64,000 nt of DNA from an uncultured Gemmatimonadaceae bacterium (GTDB taxonomy: Bacteria > Gemmatimonadota > Gemmatimonadetes > Gemmatimonadales > Gemmatimonadaceae), in contig CAVUDW010000002.1 in the NCBI GenBank assembly GCA_963740355.1, positions 2,400,001 through 2,464,000 on the forward strand, given 5' to 3'. The position numbers were made by a program, and so were the translations under genes. Below the pieces are notes generated by a model. That model did not search any database. It worked only from the letters and a program-made list of their open reading frames with translations, and was not told the DNA's origin. Shown piece by piece: positions 31,793 through 41,214 of this stretch; the first letter of the stretch is position 1; each line of letters opens with the position of its first letter.

Positions 31793-33078
31793 CAGTCCCC
31801 CATCTCGGGTTCCGGTCGGACTTTCGCCGAGAGCACCGAGCCGGCGCTGTCCTGCGAACGGAGCCGGCGCATCTCTGCCACCGACATCTTCGACGTTGTC
31901 GGGCTCACCAGGCGGCCGCGGTCAAAGACCACGAACACTGCCACCAGCAGCGCCACGTTGAGCACCATCAGGATCCCGGTCTGGAGCGGTCCAGCCTGGA
32001 TGCCAAGCGCCTGCAGTACCAGCAGCACGACCGCAATCAGCACGATGTATCCGAGCGAAAGCGGGAGCAGGAAGCGCCAGCCGAGCGACATCAGCTGGTC
32101 GTAGCGGAACCTCGGCAGCGTCCAGCGAATCCACATGTACAGGAAGATGAAGAAGCCCGCCTTCAACGCGAACGAAAACAGCGTCAGCACCGTCTTCAGC
32201 ACTGTCGGGTCGCCGCTGTTGTCCCATGATGTGAACGGGATGTCCCACCCACCGAGGAACAGCGTCGCCATCATGCCACTGGCGGTGAGCATATTCGCAA
32301 ACTCGGCGATGAAGAACATCGAGAACTTCATCGAGCTGTATTCGGTGTGATAACCAGCCACCAGCTCGCTTTCGGCCTCGGGCAAGTCGAATGGCAACCG
32401 GTTCGTCTCGGCGAAGGCCGAGATGAGGAAGGTCAGGAATGCCACCGACAGGTTGACCACATTCCAGCTGAACCCTGCCACCTGCTGCTGCTCGATGATC
32501 GCGCTCATCCGCACATTGCCGGCCAGCAGCAGGATCGGGATGATCGACAGGCCCATCGAGATTTCGTACGAGATCATCTGCGCGCTCGAGCGCAGCCCGC
32601 CGAGCAACGAATACTTGTTGTTCGATGACCAGCCGGCGAGCGTGATGCCGAAGACGCCGAGCGACGAGATGGCGAGCGTGAAGATGAAGCCGACCGGCAG
32701 GTCGGCGATTGCGAGGTCGACGACGCCCCACGGTGTCGGCAGCGGTGCCGCGAACGGAATCACCGCCCAGCTTACCAGCGCCGTGCAGAACGCAATTGCC
32801 GGTGCCAGGGTGAACAGGATGCCGTTGCCAGCGCCCGGCGACAATTCTTCCTTCATGAAATTCTTCAGGCCATCGGCCACCGGTTGCAGCAGCCCACCCG
32901 GCCCCGTGCGGTTCGGACCATGACGGTCCTGAATCCACGCGCTGATCTTGCGCTCCAACAAGGTCAGCATCGCCACGGTGACGAGGTAGACGCCGAAGAA
33001 CACCAGCACCTTGATCACCGACGCGATCACAAACGCTGTGTTGTTGTCCGAGATGGGAGTCAGAAGCATCGGTCCCAT
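31792..33078 (-). CDS. nuoH: NADH-quinone oxidoreductase subunit H
   Basis: ERKISAWIQDRHGPNR, QMISYE, ETNRLPFDLPEAESEL, RFRYDQLM. Confidence 0.97.
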   Translation of the reverse strand: MGPMLLTPISDNNTAFVIASVIKVLVFFGVYLVTVAMLTLLERKISAWIQDRHGPNRTGPGGLLQPVADGLKNFMKEELSPGAGNGILFTLAPAIAFCTALVSWAVIPFAAPLPTPWGVVDLAIADLPVGFIFTLAISSLGVFGITLAGWSSNNKYSLLGGLRSSAQMISYEISMGLSIIPILLLAGNVRMSAIIEQQQVAGFSWNVVNLSVAFLTFLISAFAETNRLPFDLPEAESELVAGYHTEYSSMKFSMFFIAEFANMLTASGMMATLFLGGWDIPFTSWDNSGDPTVLKTVLTLFSFALKAGFFIFLYMWIRWTLPRFRYDQLMSLGWRFLLPLSLGYIVLIAVVLLVLQALGIQAGPLQTGILMVLNVALLVAVFVVFDRGRLVSPTTSKMSVAEMRRLRSQDSAGSVLSAKVRPEPEMGD

Positions 33079-34655
33079 CAGGCGCTGACCTCGGCTGGCA
33101 TCGAAGCGTCGGCACCCTGCAAGCCAATGCTCCGGTAACTCATCCCCGCAAAGGCTGGCACGGCGGTGGCGAGCGACGCGAAGATCTCGCTTGCCAGCGC
33201 TGGAAACGTTCCCGCACCCACGGCCATCGCCAGCTCACTCAGCACGCGGTAACTCGGACGCACCTGCGCGGGCGGTGCCTTGGCCTGCAGGAAACGCTGC
33301 ACACGGCCGCGAAGGTTGGTGTACGTGCCGTCTTCCTCGGCAAAGTTGCAGATCGGCAGCGCGACGATAGCCGCATTGCGCAGGGCGTCGTCGAGCACCG
33401 TGCCAATCACGATCACACGGACGCCATCCGGCACCGTGGGCGCTGCGGTTGCGGCGTCAGCGACGATCAGCAGGTCGTTGGCACCCAGTCCCGCCGTCGG
33501 TGAGATCACATCGGTGAAGCCGAACATGGACGCACCGGTCGCGTTCGGCGCGCGCTCGGCGCGCAGCGACAGATCCTTCACGCCTGGCAGCGGTGCTTCA
33601 TGCCCTCGAGGCACCGTCATCACTGCGGTCGCGCTGACGTGACTGGCCAGCTTGCCAAGCAGGAACAGCGCCTCGTTGGACAACGCGGGTGACGCCAGCA
33701 CCGTGACGCGTGACGCACCTGAAATGGCCGTCGCCGCCGCAGTGATGGCCTCACTCCACGACACGCTGGCGAGGCCCGCCGCTGTGCGCATGTGCGGATA
33801 CTCGAGGCGATCACGACGATTGATCCAGCGGTAGTTCATGCGCCCGACGTCACACGCAAAATGCTGGTTGACTGCCATGTTCGGCCGTGGCCGGATCCGC
33901 ACGACGATGTTGTCACGCGTCTCGAGCATCACGTTGCAGCCCTGCGAGCAACTCGGGCAGATCGAGGCGGCGCGATCGAGCTCCCAGGCGCGCGCCTTGT
34001 TCAGGAAATCCTTCGACAGCAGCGCGCCAACCGGGCAGAGATCGACGACGTTCGAAGCCCATGCGTGCGTGAGGTCGCTGCCCTCGAACTTGCCGATGTA
34101 GGCGCGGTCGCCCCGCTCGCTGACGTTCAGCACCGGGTCCTTGGCCACGACATCCATGAACCGCACACATCGCGTGCAGAGGATGCAGCGGTTCGGCACG
34201 TAGAGCACGTCGCCGCCGAAGTCTTCCATCGGATTGAAGCGCTTCGGCTCCATGTACCGCGAATCCTTGCGGCCTTCGGCAAACGTGTAGTCCTGCAGCT
34301 CGCACTCACCGGCCTGGTCGCAGATCGGGCAATCGAGCGGATGGTTGATGAGAAGGAACTCCAGTACGCCCTTGCGCGCTTCGCGGGCCTTCTCCGAATG
34401 CACATGGACGATCTGGCCTTCACCCACCGCCGTGGCGCAGGCCGGCGTCAGCTTGGGGAACTTCTCGACTTCCACCAGGCACATGCGACACACACCCGCG
34501 ACCGGTAGCGACGGGTGGTAGCAGTAGTGCGGAATGAGGATGCCAGCCGTCTTGGCGGCCTCGATCAGGTTCGTCCCGGGGGGCACGATGACTTCACGTC
34601 CTTCGATCGTGAGCGTCACCATGCCCGGATTGGCGGGCGCTGCTGGAGCCGTCAT
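33078..34655 (-). CDS. nuoG: NADH-quinone oxidoreductase subunit G (compact, 525 aa)
   Basis: HYCYH...CRMC...C (N1b), HPLDCPICDQAGEC (N5), CILCTRC...CPVG (N4), CPSCSQGC...C (N7). Confidence 0.9.
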   Translation of the reverse strand: MTAPAAPANPGMVTLTIEGREVIVPPGTNLIEAAKTAGILIPHYCYHPSLPVAGVCRMCLVEVEKFPKLTPACATAVGEGQIVHVHSEKAREARKGVLEFLLINHPLDCPICDQAGECELQDYTFAEGRKDSRYMEPKRFNPMEDFGGDVLYVPNRCILCTRCVRFMDVVAKDPVLNVSERGDRAYIGKFEGSDLTHAWASNVVDLCPVGALLSKDFLNKARAWELDRAASICPSCSQGCNVMLETRDNIVVRIRPRPNMAVNQHFACDVGRMNYRWINRRDRLEYPHMRTAAGLASVSWSEAITAAATAISGASRVTVLASPALSNEALFLLGKLASHVSATAVMTVPRGHEAPLPGVKDLSLRAERAPNATGASMFGFTDVISPTAGLGANDLLIVADAATAAPTVPDGVRVIVIGTVLDDALRNAAIVALPICNFAEEDGTYTNLRGRVQRFLQAKAPPAQVRPSYRVLSELAMAVGAGTFPALASEIFASLATAVPAFAGMSYRSIGLQGADASMPAEVSA

Positions 34656-34656
34656 C

Positions 34657-35982
34657 TCAGGCCGCTGCGGGTGAGAAGCTTGGAATCATCACGGACGACC
34701 GATTCTTCGGAATCTTCGCCTCGAACTCGTGGCGGAACTTCTTCAGGCCACTCACCACTGGTGTCGCGCACGAGTCACTCAGCACACAGATCGTCTTGCC
34801 GGTCATGTTGTCGGCGATTTCGAGCAGCGTGTCGAGGTCCTTCATGGTGCCCTGCCCATCGCGAATCCGCTCGAGGATCTTCGTCGTCCAGGCCGTGCCC
34901 TCGCGGCACTGGGTGCACTGTGCGCAGCTCTCGTGCGCGTAGAATCGCGCGAGACGTGCAATCTGGCGCACCATGTCCTGCGAGTCGTCGAAGCAGATGA
35001 CGCCGCCCGATCCGAGCAGCGACCCGGCTGCCTGGATCCCTTCGTAGTCCATGACTGCGCCTTCACACTCTTCCGGTGTGAGGATCGGCACCGATGAACC
35101 GCCCGGAATGATCGCCTTGAACTTTCGGCCGGCCGGCGGACCGCCGCAGAGATCCCAGAGGAACTCCTTCATCGAGAAGCCCATGCCGACTTCGTAGTTG
35201 CCGGGACGCGCCACGTTGCCGCATACCGAGAAGAGCTTGGTGCCCGTGCTCTTCGGATTTGTCGGGCTCGAGAGCGACTTGTACCAGTCGGCACCATTCT
35301 TCAGCACGTGCGTCGCCGCGCAGACCGTCTCGACGTTGTTAATCGTCGTCGGCTGCGCGAACAATCCCGCCACGGCGGGAAAGGGCGGCTTGATGCGTGG
35401 ATTGCCGCGGCGACCCTCGAGCGAGTTCATGAGCGCGGTTTCTTCACCGCAGATGTAGGCGCCGGCACCCTTGTGCACGTGCACATCCACCCGCTTGCCG
35501 CTGCCCATTGCGTTCGCGCCGAGAATGCCATCGGCGTACGCTTCGCGCACGGCTTCCCGCACCCGCGCGATCGGTTCGGTGTATTCGCCGCGGATGTAGA
35601 TGTAGGCCGTCTCGGCGTAGATCGCATGGGCTGCGATCGCCGCCCCTTCCACCAGCTGGTGAGGGGTCCAGCGCATGATCTCGCGATCCTTGAACGTGCC
35701 CGGTTCGGACTCGTCGCCATTGATCGTGAGATAGTGCGTCTTGCCGTCCGGCTTCATGAAGCTCCACTTCACGCCGGTCGGGAAGCCGGCGCCGCCGCGG
35801 CCACGCAGCCCTGAATCCTTGACGACGTTCTGCACCTCGACCGGATCGGTGGAGAGCGCCTGTCGCAGCGTCTCGTATCCACCGCGCTTCTTCCAGCCGT
35901 CGAGCGTGCGAGCTTCGGCATCACCGAAGTACTTCGAGATCACCGGCGTCTCGCGCGGGTGTGAAGGATGCGGATAACCCAT
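34657..35982 (-). CDS. nuoF: NADH-quinone oxidoreductase subunit F
   Basis: GRGGAGF, DESEPG, YICGEETAL, ESCAQCTQCREG...IC. Confidence 0.97.
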   Translation of the reverse strand: MGYPHPSHPRETPVISKYFGDAEARTLDGWKKRGGYETLRQALSTDPVEVQNVVKDSGLRGRGGAGFPTGVKWSFMKPDGKTHYLTINGDESEPGTFKDREIMRWTPHQLVEGAAIAAHAIYAETAYIYIRGEYTEPIARVREAVREAYADGILGANAMGSGKRVDVHVHKGAGAYICGEETALMNSLEGRRGNPRIKPPFPAVAGLFAQPTTINNVETVCAATHVLKNGADWYKSLSSPTNPKSTGTKLFSVCGNVARPGNYEVGMGFSMKEFLWDLCGGPPAGRKFKAIIPGGSSVPILTPEECEGAVMDYEGIQAAGSLLGSGGVICFDDSQDMVRQIARLARFYAHESCAQCTQCREGTAWTTKILERIRDGQGTMKDLDTLLEIADNMTGKTICVLSDSCATPVVSGLKKFRHEFEAKIPKNRSSVMIPSFSPAAA

Positions 35983-36506
35983 CAGTCGAGCCCTGCGAGA
36001 AGGTCCGGCACACTATCCACCGACACGCACTCGACGAGTGCGCCATTGATCATCACCGGCGTTGCAAAGCCGCACGCGCCGAGGCACTCGACTTCGATCA
36101 CCGTATAGCGTCCGTCGGCCGACGTGACACCGAGCTCGCCGCACTTCGTTTCCTTGAGGAAGGCGTTCACGACATCTTCAGCGCCGCAGACGTTGCACGG
36201 CGTGGTCGTGCAGACCTGCACGAAGTGCTTTCCGACCGGGTGCTGGTGATACATGGTGTAGAACGTGACCACACCCTTCACGTAGGCCGGCGTGAGATCG
36301 AGCACCGACGCCACTTCTGCCATGCCCTCCGGGCTCACCCAGCCACGCTCTTCCTGCAGCATCCAGAGCGCAGGCAACAGCGCGGCCATCTTCGTCGGAT
36401 AACGCGTCAGCAGTTCGTCCAGCTCTGCGCGTCGCGCGCCGGTGAACACCGGGACGTATTCCGCGTGGGCATCATGGCCGTCAGGTGCCATCGAGTGGAG
36501 ACTCAT
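35982..36506 (-). CDS. nuoE: NADH-quinone oxidoreductase subunit E
   Basis: VTFYTMY, CTTTPC, ECLGAC; start at MSLHSM overlapping the nuoD stop. Confidence 0.94.
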   Translation of the reverse strand: MSLHSMAPDGHDAHAEYVPVFTGARRAELDELLTRYPTKMAALLPALWMLQEERGWVSPEGMAEVASVLDLTPAYVKGVVTFYTMYHQHPVGKHFVQVCTTTPCNVCGAEDVVNAFLKETKCGELGVTSADGRYTVIEVECLGACGFATPVMINGALVECVSVDSVPDLLAGLD

Positions 36507-37816
36507 CGATCGATCTCTCCCATCACGATGTCGATGCTGGCGTTGATCGCAATCACGTCGGAGAGCAGGTGCCCTTCCGCCATCTTCGAGATCGCGGACA
36601 GGTTGACGAATGCCGGTGGCCGGATGCGCCACCGTACGGGCTTCGACGTACCATCACTCACGAGGTAATATCCCTTCTCGCCCTTCGGGCTTTCAGTCGC
36701 GACGTAGCACTCGCCGATCGGCGGGCGCGGGCCTTCCATGACCAGCTTGAAGTGATGGATCATCGATTCCATCTCGCTGGTGGCCTTGCTCTTCGGTGGC
36801 AGGATCACACGCGGGTCATCTACGTTGATCGGGCCGTCGGGCAGCCGCTCGATGGCCTGCTCGATGATGCGAATGCTCTGTCGCATCTCTTCCAGCCGCA
36901 CCAGGTAGCGGTCGTACACGTCGCCCTTGCTGCCGACGACGATGTCCCAGTCGTACGTCTCGTAGTCGAGATACGGCGCGTCCTTGCGCACATCGTACGC
37001 CACCCCCGACGCACGCAGCATCGGGCCGGAGAGGCCGTAGTTGATCGCTTCCGACGCGCTCATTACGCCAAGCCCAACGGTACGGCCGACCCAGATGCCG
37101 TTGCGCGTCAACATGCGGTCGGTTTCGTCGAGCGTCTTCGGCAGCGATCGCAGGAATCCCTTCAGCCCGTCAACCCAGCCCGGAGGGAGATCGGCCGCCA
37201 TGCCACCAATGCGTGACGCGCTGGTGGTGAGGCGCGCGCCAACCCAGCTCTCGAACAGGTTGTAGACCGTCTCGCGTTCCTGGAACGTCCAGAGGAACGG
37301 CGTGAAGGCCCCCATGTCGACGGCGGTCGTACCAAGCCACACGAGGTGCGAGATGATGCGCGACAACTCCATCGCAATCACGCGCAGCACGGTGCAGCGC
37401 GGTGTGATCTCAATGCCGAACAATCGCTCCGCGCCGAGCGCGTAGGCGATGTTGTTCCCCATCGAGTTCAGGTAGTCCTCGCGATCCGTCCACGGGATGA
37501 TCTGGTTGTACTGGCGATACTCGCCGATCTTCTCGAAACCGCAATGCAGGTAGCCGATGTGCGGCACACAACGGATCACCGTCTCGCCATCGAGCTCGAG
37601 GACCAGGCGCAACACGCCGTGCGTGGCTGGGTGCTGGGGGCCGATGTTGATCAGCATCCGCTCGCTGCCCATGTCGGGCTCCGATCCGGGCTCGAGATCG
37701 ATCGGCATCACCACGCCGGCCGAATTCGCGGTCAGCGGCACGCGCTGCAGCTGGCCGTTCGGCCCAAGCGTCTGCGTTGCGAGTTCGACTTCCACCGTGC
37801 GCGTCGTCGTCGACAT
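36503..37816 (-). CDS. nuoD: NADH-quinone oxidoreductase subunit D
   Basis: NIGPQHPATHGVLR, GPMLRASG, ESPKGE, DIVMGEIDR. Confidence 0.97.
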   Translation of the reverse strand: MSTTTRTVEVELATQTLGPNGQLQRVPLTANSAGVVMPIDLEPGSEPDMGSERMLINIGPQHPATHGVLRLVLELDGETVIRCVPHIGYLHCGFEKIGEYRQYNQIIPWTDREDYLNSMGNNIAYALGAERLFGIEITPRCTVLRVIAMELSRIISHLVWLGTTAVDMGAFTPFLWTFQERETVYNLFESWVGARLTTSASRIGGMAADLPPGWVDGLKGFLRSLPKTLDETDRMLTRNGIWVGRTVGLGVMSASEAINYGLSGPMLRASGVAYDVRKDAPYLDYETYDWDIVVGSKGDVYDRYLVRLEEMRQSIRIIEQAIERLPDGPINVDDPRVILPPKSKATSEMESMIHHFKLVMEGPRPPIGECYVATESPKGEKGYYLVSDGTSKPVRWRIRPPAFVNLSAISKMAEGHLLSDVIAINASIDIVMGEIDR

Positions 37817-37819
37817 CGA

Positions 37820-38509
37820 TCAGCTCTCTCCCTTCGCACGGAGCAGTCGCTCGCGCATGTCCGCCGGCAGTTCGTGGAATGCATCAGCAACGCTCAACTC
37901 TTCCATCGAGTAGCGCGCCTCGGGGTTGGCGGCGAGCGCCTGCGAGAGTTGCTCGGAGCGACTGAAGCGACCGCGGAGCGGGAAGTCCTTTCGCAGCGGA
38001 AATCCTTCCGCGTACGTGTCCCACAGCAGGATGCGACGCAGGTCGGAGTGGCCGCCGAAGCGGATGCCGAACATGTCGAACACCTCGCGCTCCAGCCAAT
38101 TCGCCGACTTGTACACTGGCTCGATGCTAGGCACCTCGAGCTCTGCATCTGCCGCGAGACTCGCCTTGATGCGCAAGAACCGCCGGTACGGCAGCGAGCG
38201 TACATGCCAGACCATCTCGATCGGCATGTCCGGGTCGCGATGCTCGACCGCCGTCACATCCACGAGGTAGTCGTACTGCTGCGCAGGGTCATCACGGAGC
38301 CAGAGCATGATCTCGCGAATCTTCGCGCTGTCGACCCAGACGGTCGTCTCACCCCACATCACGTCGTGCCGACCAATCACGCCGCCAAACTGCGCGCGCA
38401 GCGCCTCGACACTCGGATTGGCCTCGCCGCCGTGATGCGGGACGTTGCGCGGGGTCACTGGGTCGGGAGTGGCCGCCGGGAGCGCGGCGCCTGGGATCAC
38501 GACGCTCAC
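37820..38509 (-). CDS. nuoC: NADH-quinone oxidoreductase subunit C
   Basis: [31 protein letters not shown] at 38509 overlapping the nuoB stop. Confidence 0.93.
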   Translation of the reverse strand: MSVVIPGAALPAATPDPVTPRNVPHHGGEANPSVEALRAQFGGVIGRHDVMWGETTVWVDSAKIREIMLWLRDDPAQQYDYLVDVTAVEHRDPDMPIEMVWHVRSLPYRRFLRIKASLAADAELEVPSIEPVYKSANWLEREVFDMFGIRFGGHSDLRRILLWDTYAEGFPLRKDFPLRGRFSRSEQLSQALAANPEARYSMEELSVADAFHELPADMRERLLRAKGES

Positions 38510-39138
38510 GGCGCCGACCGCGTCTGGTGCACCGAGTTGCCGAAGGGTTCGGACAATTCGTCGATGCGCGAGGCCGGGATGTAATGGCGCGACGTCGGAT
38601 CGATCGTGATTTCGGCGTACTGTGCCTGATCCGAAATCGAGCGTTGCTGCATCACCTTCTCCTGCAGCATCATCACGCCGTACATCAGCGCCTCGGGGCG
38701 CGGTGGGCAGCCCGGCACGAAGACATCCACAGGAATGATGGTGTCGATCCCCTGCACCACGGCGTAGTTGTCGAACATGCCGCCGCTCGAGGCGCACGCA
38801 CCCATTGCGATGACCCATTTCGGCTGCGGCATCTGCTCGTAGATGCGCCGAATCACCGGTGCCAGCTTGTAGGGCACGCGACCGGCGCAGATCAGCACGT
38901 CGGCCTGGCGTGGCGAGTAGCTCAATCGCTCCATGCCGAATCGTGCCAGGTCGAATCGACTGGCTGCCGTCGCCATGAATTCGATCGCGCAACACGCCGT
39001 ACCGAACGGCATCGGCCAGAGTGAGTGGGCGCGCGACCAATTGACGAGGAATTCGAGACGCGTCGTGACCCAGCCTTCCTGTGACGGCGGGTCGTACGAG
39101 ACACGCGACGAGGCGCTGGTGGCCGGGGTCAATCCCAT
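38506..39138 (-). CDS. nuoB: NADH-quinone oxidoreductase subunit B
   Basis: [33 protein letters not shown]. Confidence 0.97.
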   Translation of the reverse strand: MGLTPATSASSRVSYDPPSQEGWVTTRLEFLVNWSRAHSLWPMPFGTACCAIEFMATAASRFDLARFGMERLSYSPRQADVLICAGRVPYKLAPVIRRIYEQMPQPKWVIAMGACASSGGMFDNYAVVQGIDTIIPVDVFVPGCPPRPEALMYGVMMLQEKVMQQRSISDQAQYAEITIDPTSRHYIPASRIDELSEPFGNSVHQTRSAP

Positions 39139-39533
39139 TGCAACGCTCCCTTGCGCCACACGTATGTCAGGCCGACGACGAGAATCGCCATGAAGACGAG
39201 CATCTCGCCAAGTCCGAAGAAGCTGGTCGCACCGCTGCAGACACCATCGATCACCGCATTCGTGCACGACAACCGCTTGAATGCCGTGCCCCAGGGGATC
39301 AGGAACACCGTTTCGATGTCGAACACGATGAACAGCATTGCCACGAGATAAAACTTGACCGAAAAGCGCTCGCGGGCGTCGCCGATGACCGGGATACCCG
39401 ACTCGTACGCTTCCGACTTGACCGTGGTCGGACGGCGACGCATCGCCCACTGTGACAAACCGATGATCACGGCTGCGTTCAGGAGAACGAAACCGATCAA
39501 CATCAGGATAGGCAGGTACGCTTGAAGCCCCAT
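39129..39533 (-). CDS. nuoA: NADH-quinone oxidoreductase subunit A
   Basis: [27 protein letters not shown]. Confidence 0.96.
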   Translation of the reverse strand: MGLQAYLPILMLIGFVLLNAAVIIGLSQWAMRRRPTTVKSEAYESGIPVIGDARERFSVKFYLVAMLFIVFDIETVFLIPWGTAFKRLSCTNAVIDGVCSGATSFFGLGEMLVFMAILVVGLTYVWRKGALQWD

Positions 39534-39546
39534 TCGTGTCAGATGC

Positions 39547-39564
39547 TCGTGAAAAAATTCACTA
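39547..39564. promoter_or_regulatory. Rex-type operator (TCGTGAA-AAAA-TTCACTA)
   Basis: 18-bp pseudo-palindrome matching 12 of 14 defined positions of the Rex consensus TTGTGAA-N4-TTCACAA; between the nuo promoter and the nuoA ATG. Confidence 0.7.
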
Positions 39565-39577
39565 ACCGGTCACGGGC

Positions 39578-39606
39578 AAGGTAGCCGTCCGGCTGGCGTA
39601 CTTCAA
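39578..39606 (-). promoter_or_regulatory. Candidate sigma70 promoter of the nuo operon (TTGAAG-N17-TACCTT)
   Basis: -35 at 39601-39606, -10 at 39578-39583, 17-nt spacer. Confidence 0.6.
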
Positions 39607-39725
39607 CGCTCCAGACCTGTTGTTTGTCCTCCCGTGGAGACGGGTCCGGTGCCCTCGGCACCCGCAGCTGCAATCGACTGCCAGCAGGTAGCACCACGGC
39701 AGCGGGTCCGCTACGTTCCCGCGCC

Positions 39726-40280
39726 ATGCCTATCATGAACGACGCGTGGATTCGCCAGATGGCGCTTGACCACGGGATGATCGAACCCTACGAAGACCGT
39801 CAGGTCCGCGATGGTGTCATCAGCTACGGGGTTTCCTCGTACGGTTATGACATGCGGGTGGCCCGGGAATTCAAGATCTTCACCAACGTCCTCAGCTCGA
39901 TCGTGGACCCCAAGGACTTCGACCCGAAGAGCTTCGTCGAATTCGAGGGAGACGTCTGCATCGTGCCGCCGAACAGCTTCGCCCTCGCGCGCTCGGTGGA
40001 ATATTTCCGGATTCCGCGGGACATCCTGACCATTTGTGTCGGGAAGTCGACATACGCGCGCTGCGGCATCATCACCAACGTGACGCCGTTCGAGCCGGAG
40101 TGGGAAGGTTTCGTGACCCTCGAGATCTCGAACACCACGCCCCTGCCGGCCAAGATCTACGCCAACGAAGGCATCGCCCAGGTGCTCTTCCTGCAGGGCA
40201 ATGCGCCACCAGACGTCAGCTATCGGGACAAGCGCGGCAAGTACCAGGCGCAAACGGGCATCACGCTCCCCAAGATCTGA
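39726..40280 (+). CDS. dcd: dCTP deaminase
   Basis: [45 protein letters not shown]; the only plus-strand gene. Confidence 0.96.
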   Translation: MPIMNDAWIRQMALDHGMIEPYEDRQVRDGVISYGVSSYGYDMRVAREFKIFTNVLSSIVDPKDFDPKSFVEFEGDVCIVPPNSFALARSVEYFRIPRDILTICVGKSTYARCGIITNVTPFEPEWEGFVTLEISNTTPLPAKIYANEGIAQVLFLQGNAPPDVSYRDKRGKYQAQTGITLPKI

Positions 40281-40361
40281 GGGGGCGGCACCGGTAAGGC
40301 AGCGCTCGCGGTCGCACCAGGTCGCGGCGGCCGCCGCCCTCCGGCTCCAGCTGCTGAAACT

Positions 40362-40403
40362 GACGCGGGGCCCGATGCTCAGGTTGGCATCGGGCCCCGC
40401 GTC
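40362..40403. terminator. Probable bidirectional terminator between convergent dcd and sdhB
   Basis: Perfect 17-bp inverted repeat gacgcggggcccgatgc / gcatcgggccccgcgtc with an 8-nt loop; U-tract weak. Confidence 0.65.
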
Positions 40404-40437
40404 GTCAGCGACCTGCGCATCCTACCGCAGATCGGAC

Positions 40438-41214
40438 TTAGCCGTTGCCGCTGGCCCCGGCCATTTCCGGCTTCTTGGTGGCCATCGCCACGATGTAGTC
40501 GCGGTTCATGAGCGCAATCACATCGATCGAGATGTGCTTCGGACACGCCTCCTGGCACTCACCGTAGAGCGTGCAGTGTCCAAAATGCTCCTCGTCCATC
40601 TTGGCGACCATCGCCTCGACACGCTTGTACCGCTCGGGCTGACCCTGCGGCAGGCGCGCCAGATGCGAGATCTTGGCGCCAGTGAACAGCGAGGCTGAGC
40701 CATTCGGGCACGCGGCCACACACGCGCCGCAGCCGATACAGGCCGCCGCATCCATCGCCGAGTCGGAATCGGTCTTGGCGACCAGAATCTCATTGGCATC
40801 ACGCGCGCCGCCCGTCGGTGCGCTGATGTACCCGCCTGCCTGGATGATCCGATCGAAGGCGCTGCGGTCGGTGATGAGATCCTTCAGCACCGGAAATGCC
40901 ACCGAACGCCACGGCTCGATCGTGATCTCCTGCCCGTCCTGGAAGGTGCGCATGTGCACCTGGCAGGTCGCGGCGCCCTTCACCGGACCGTGCGCAACAC
41001 CGTCGATCATCATGCTGCAGCTGCCGCAGATCCCCTCGCGGCAGTCATGTGCAAATGCGATCGGCTCCTTGCCTTCCTCTTCGAGATGATCGTTCACCAT
41101 GTCGATCATCTCGAGGAACGACGCATCCGACGGGATGTTCTTCGCCGGGTACGTCTCGAGGCGGCCCGCACTCTTTGCGTTGGCCTGACGCCACACCTTC
41201 AACGTGAAATTCAT
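40438..41214 (-). CDS. sdhB: Succinate dehydrogenase/fumarate reductase iron-sulfur subunit
   Basis: DCREGICGSC, CIGCGACVAACP, CTLYGECQEACP. Confidence 0.95.
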   Translation of the reverse strand: MNFTLKVWRQANAKSAGRLETYPAKNIPSDASFLEMIDMVNDHLEEEGKEPIAFAHDCREGICGSCSMMIDGVAHGPVKGAATCQVHMRTFQDGQEITIEPWRSVAFPVLKDLITDRSAFDRIIQAGGYISAPTGGARDANEILVAKTDSDSAMDAAACIGCGACVAACPNGSASLFTGAKISHLARLPQGQPERYKRVEAMVAKMDEEHFGHCTLYGECQEACPKHISIDVIALMNRDYIVAMATKKPEMAGASGNG

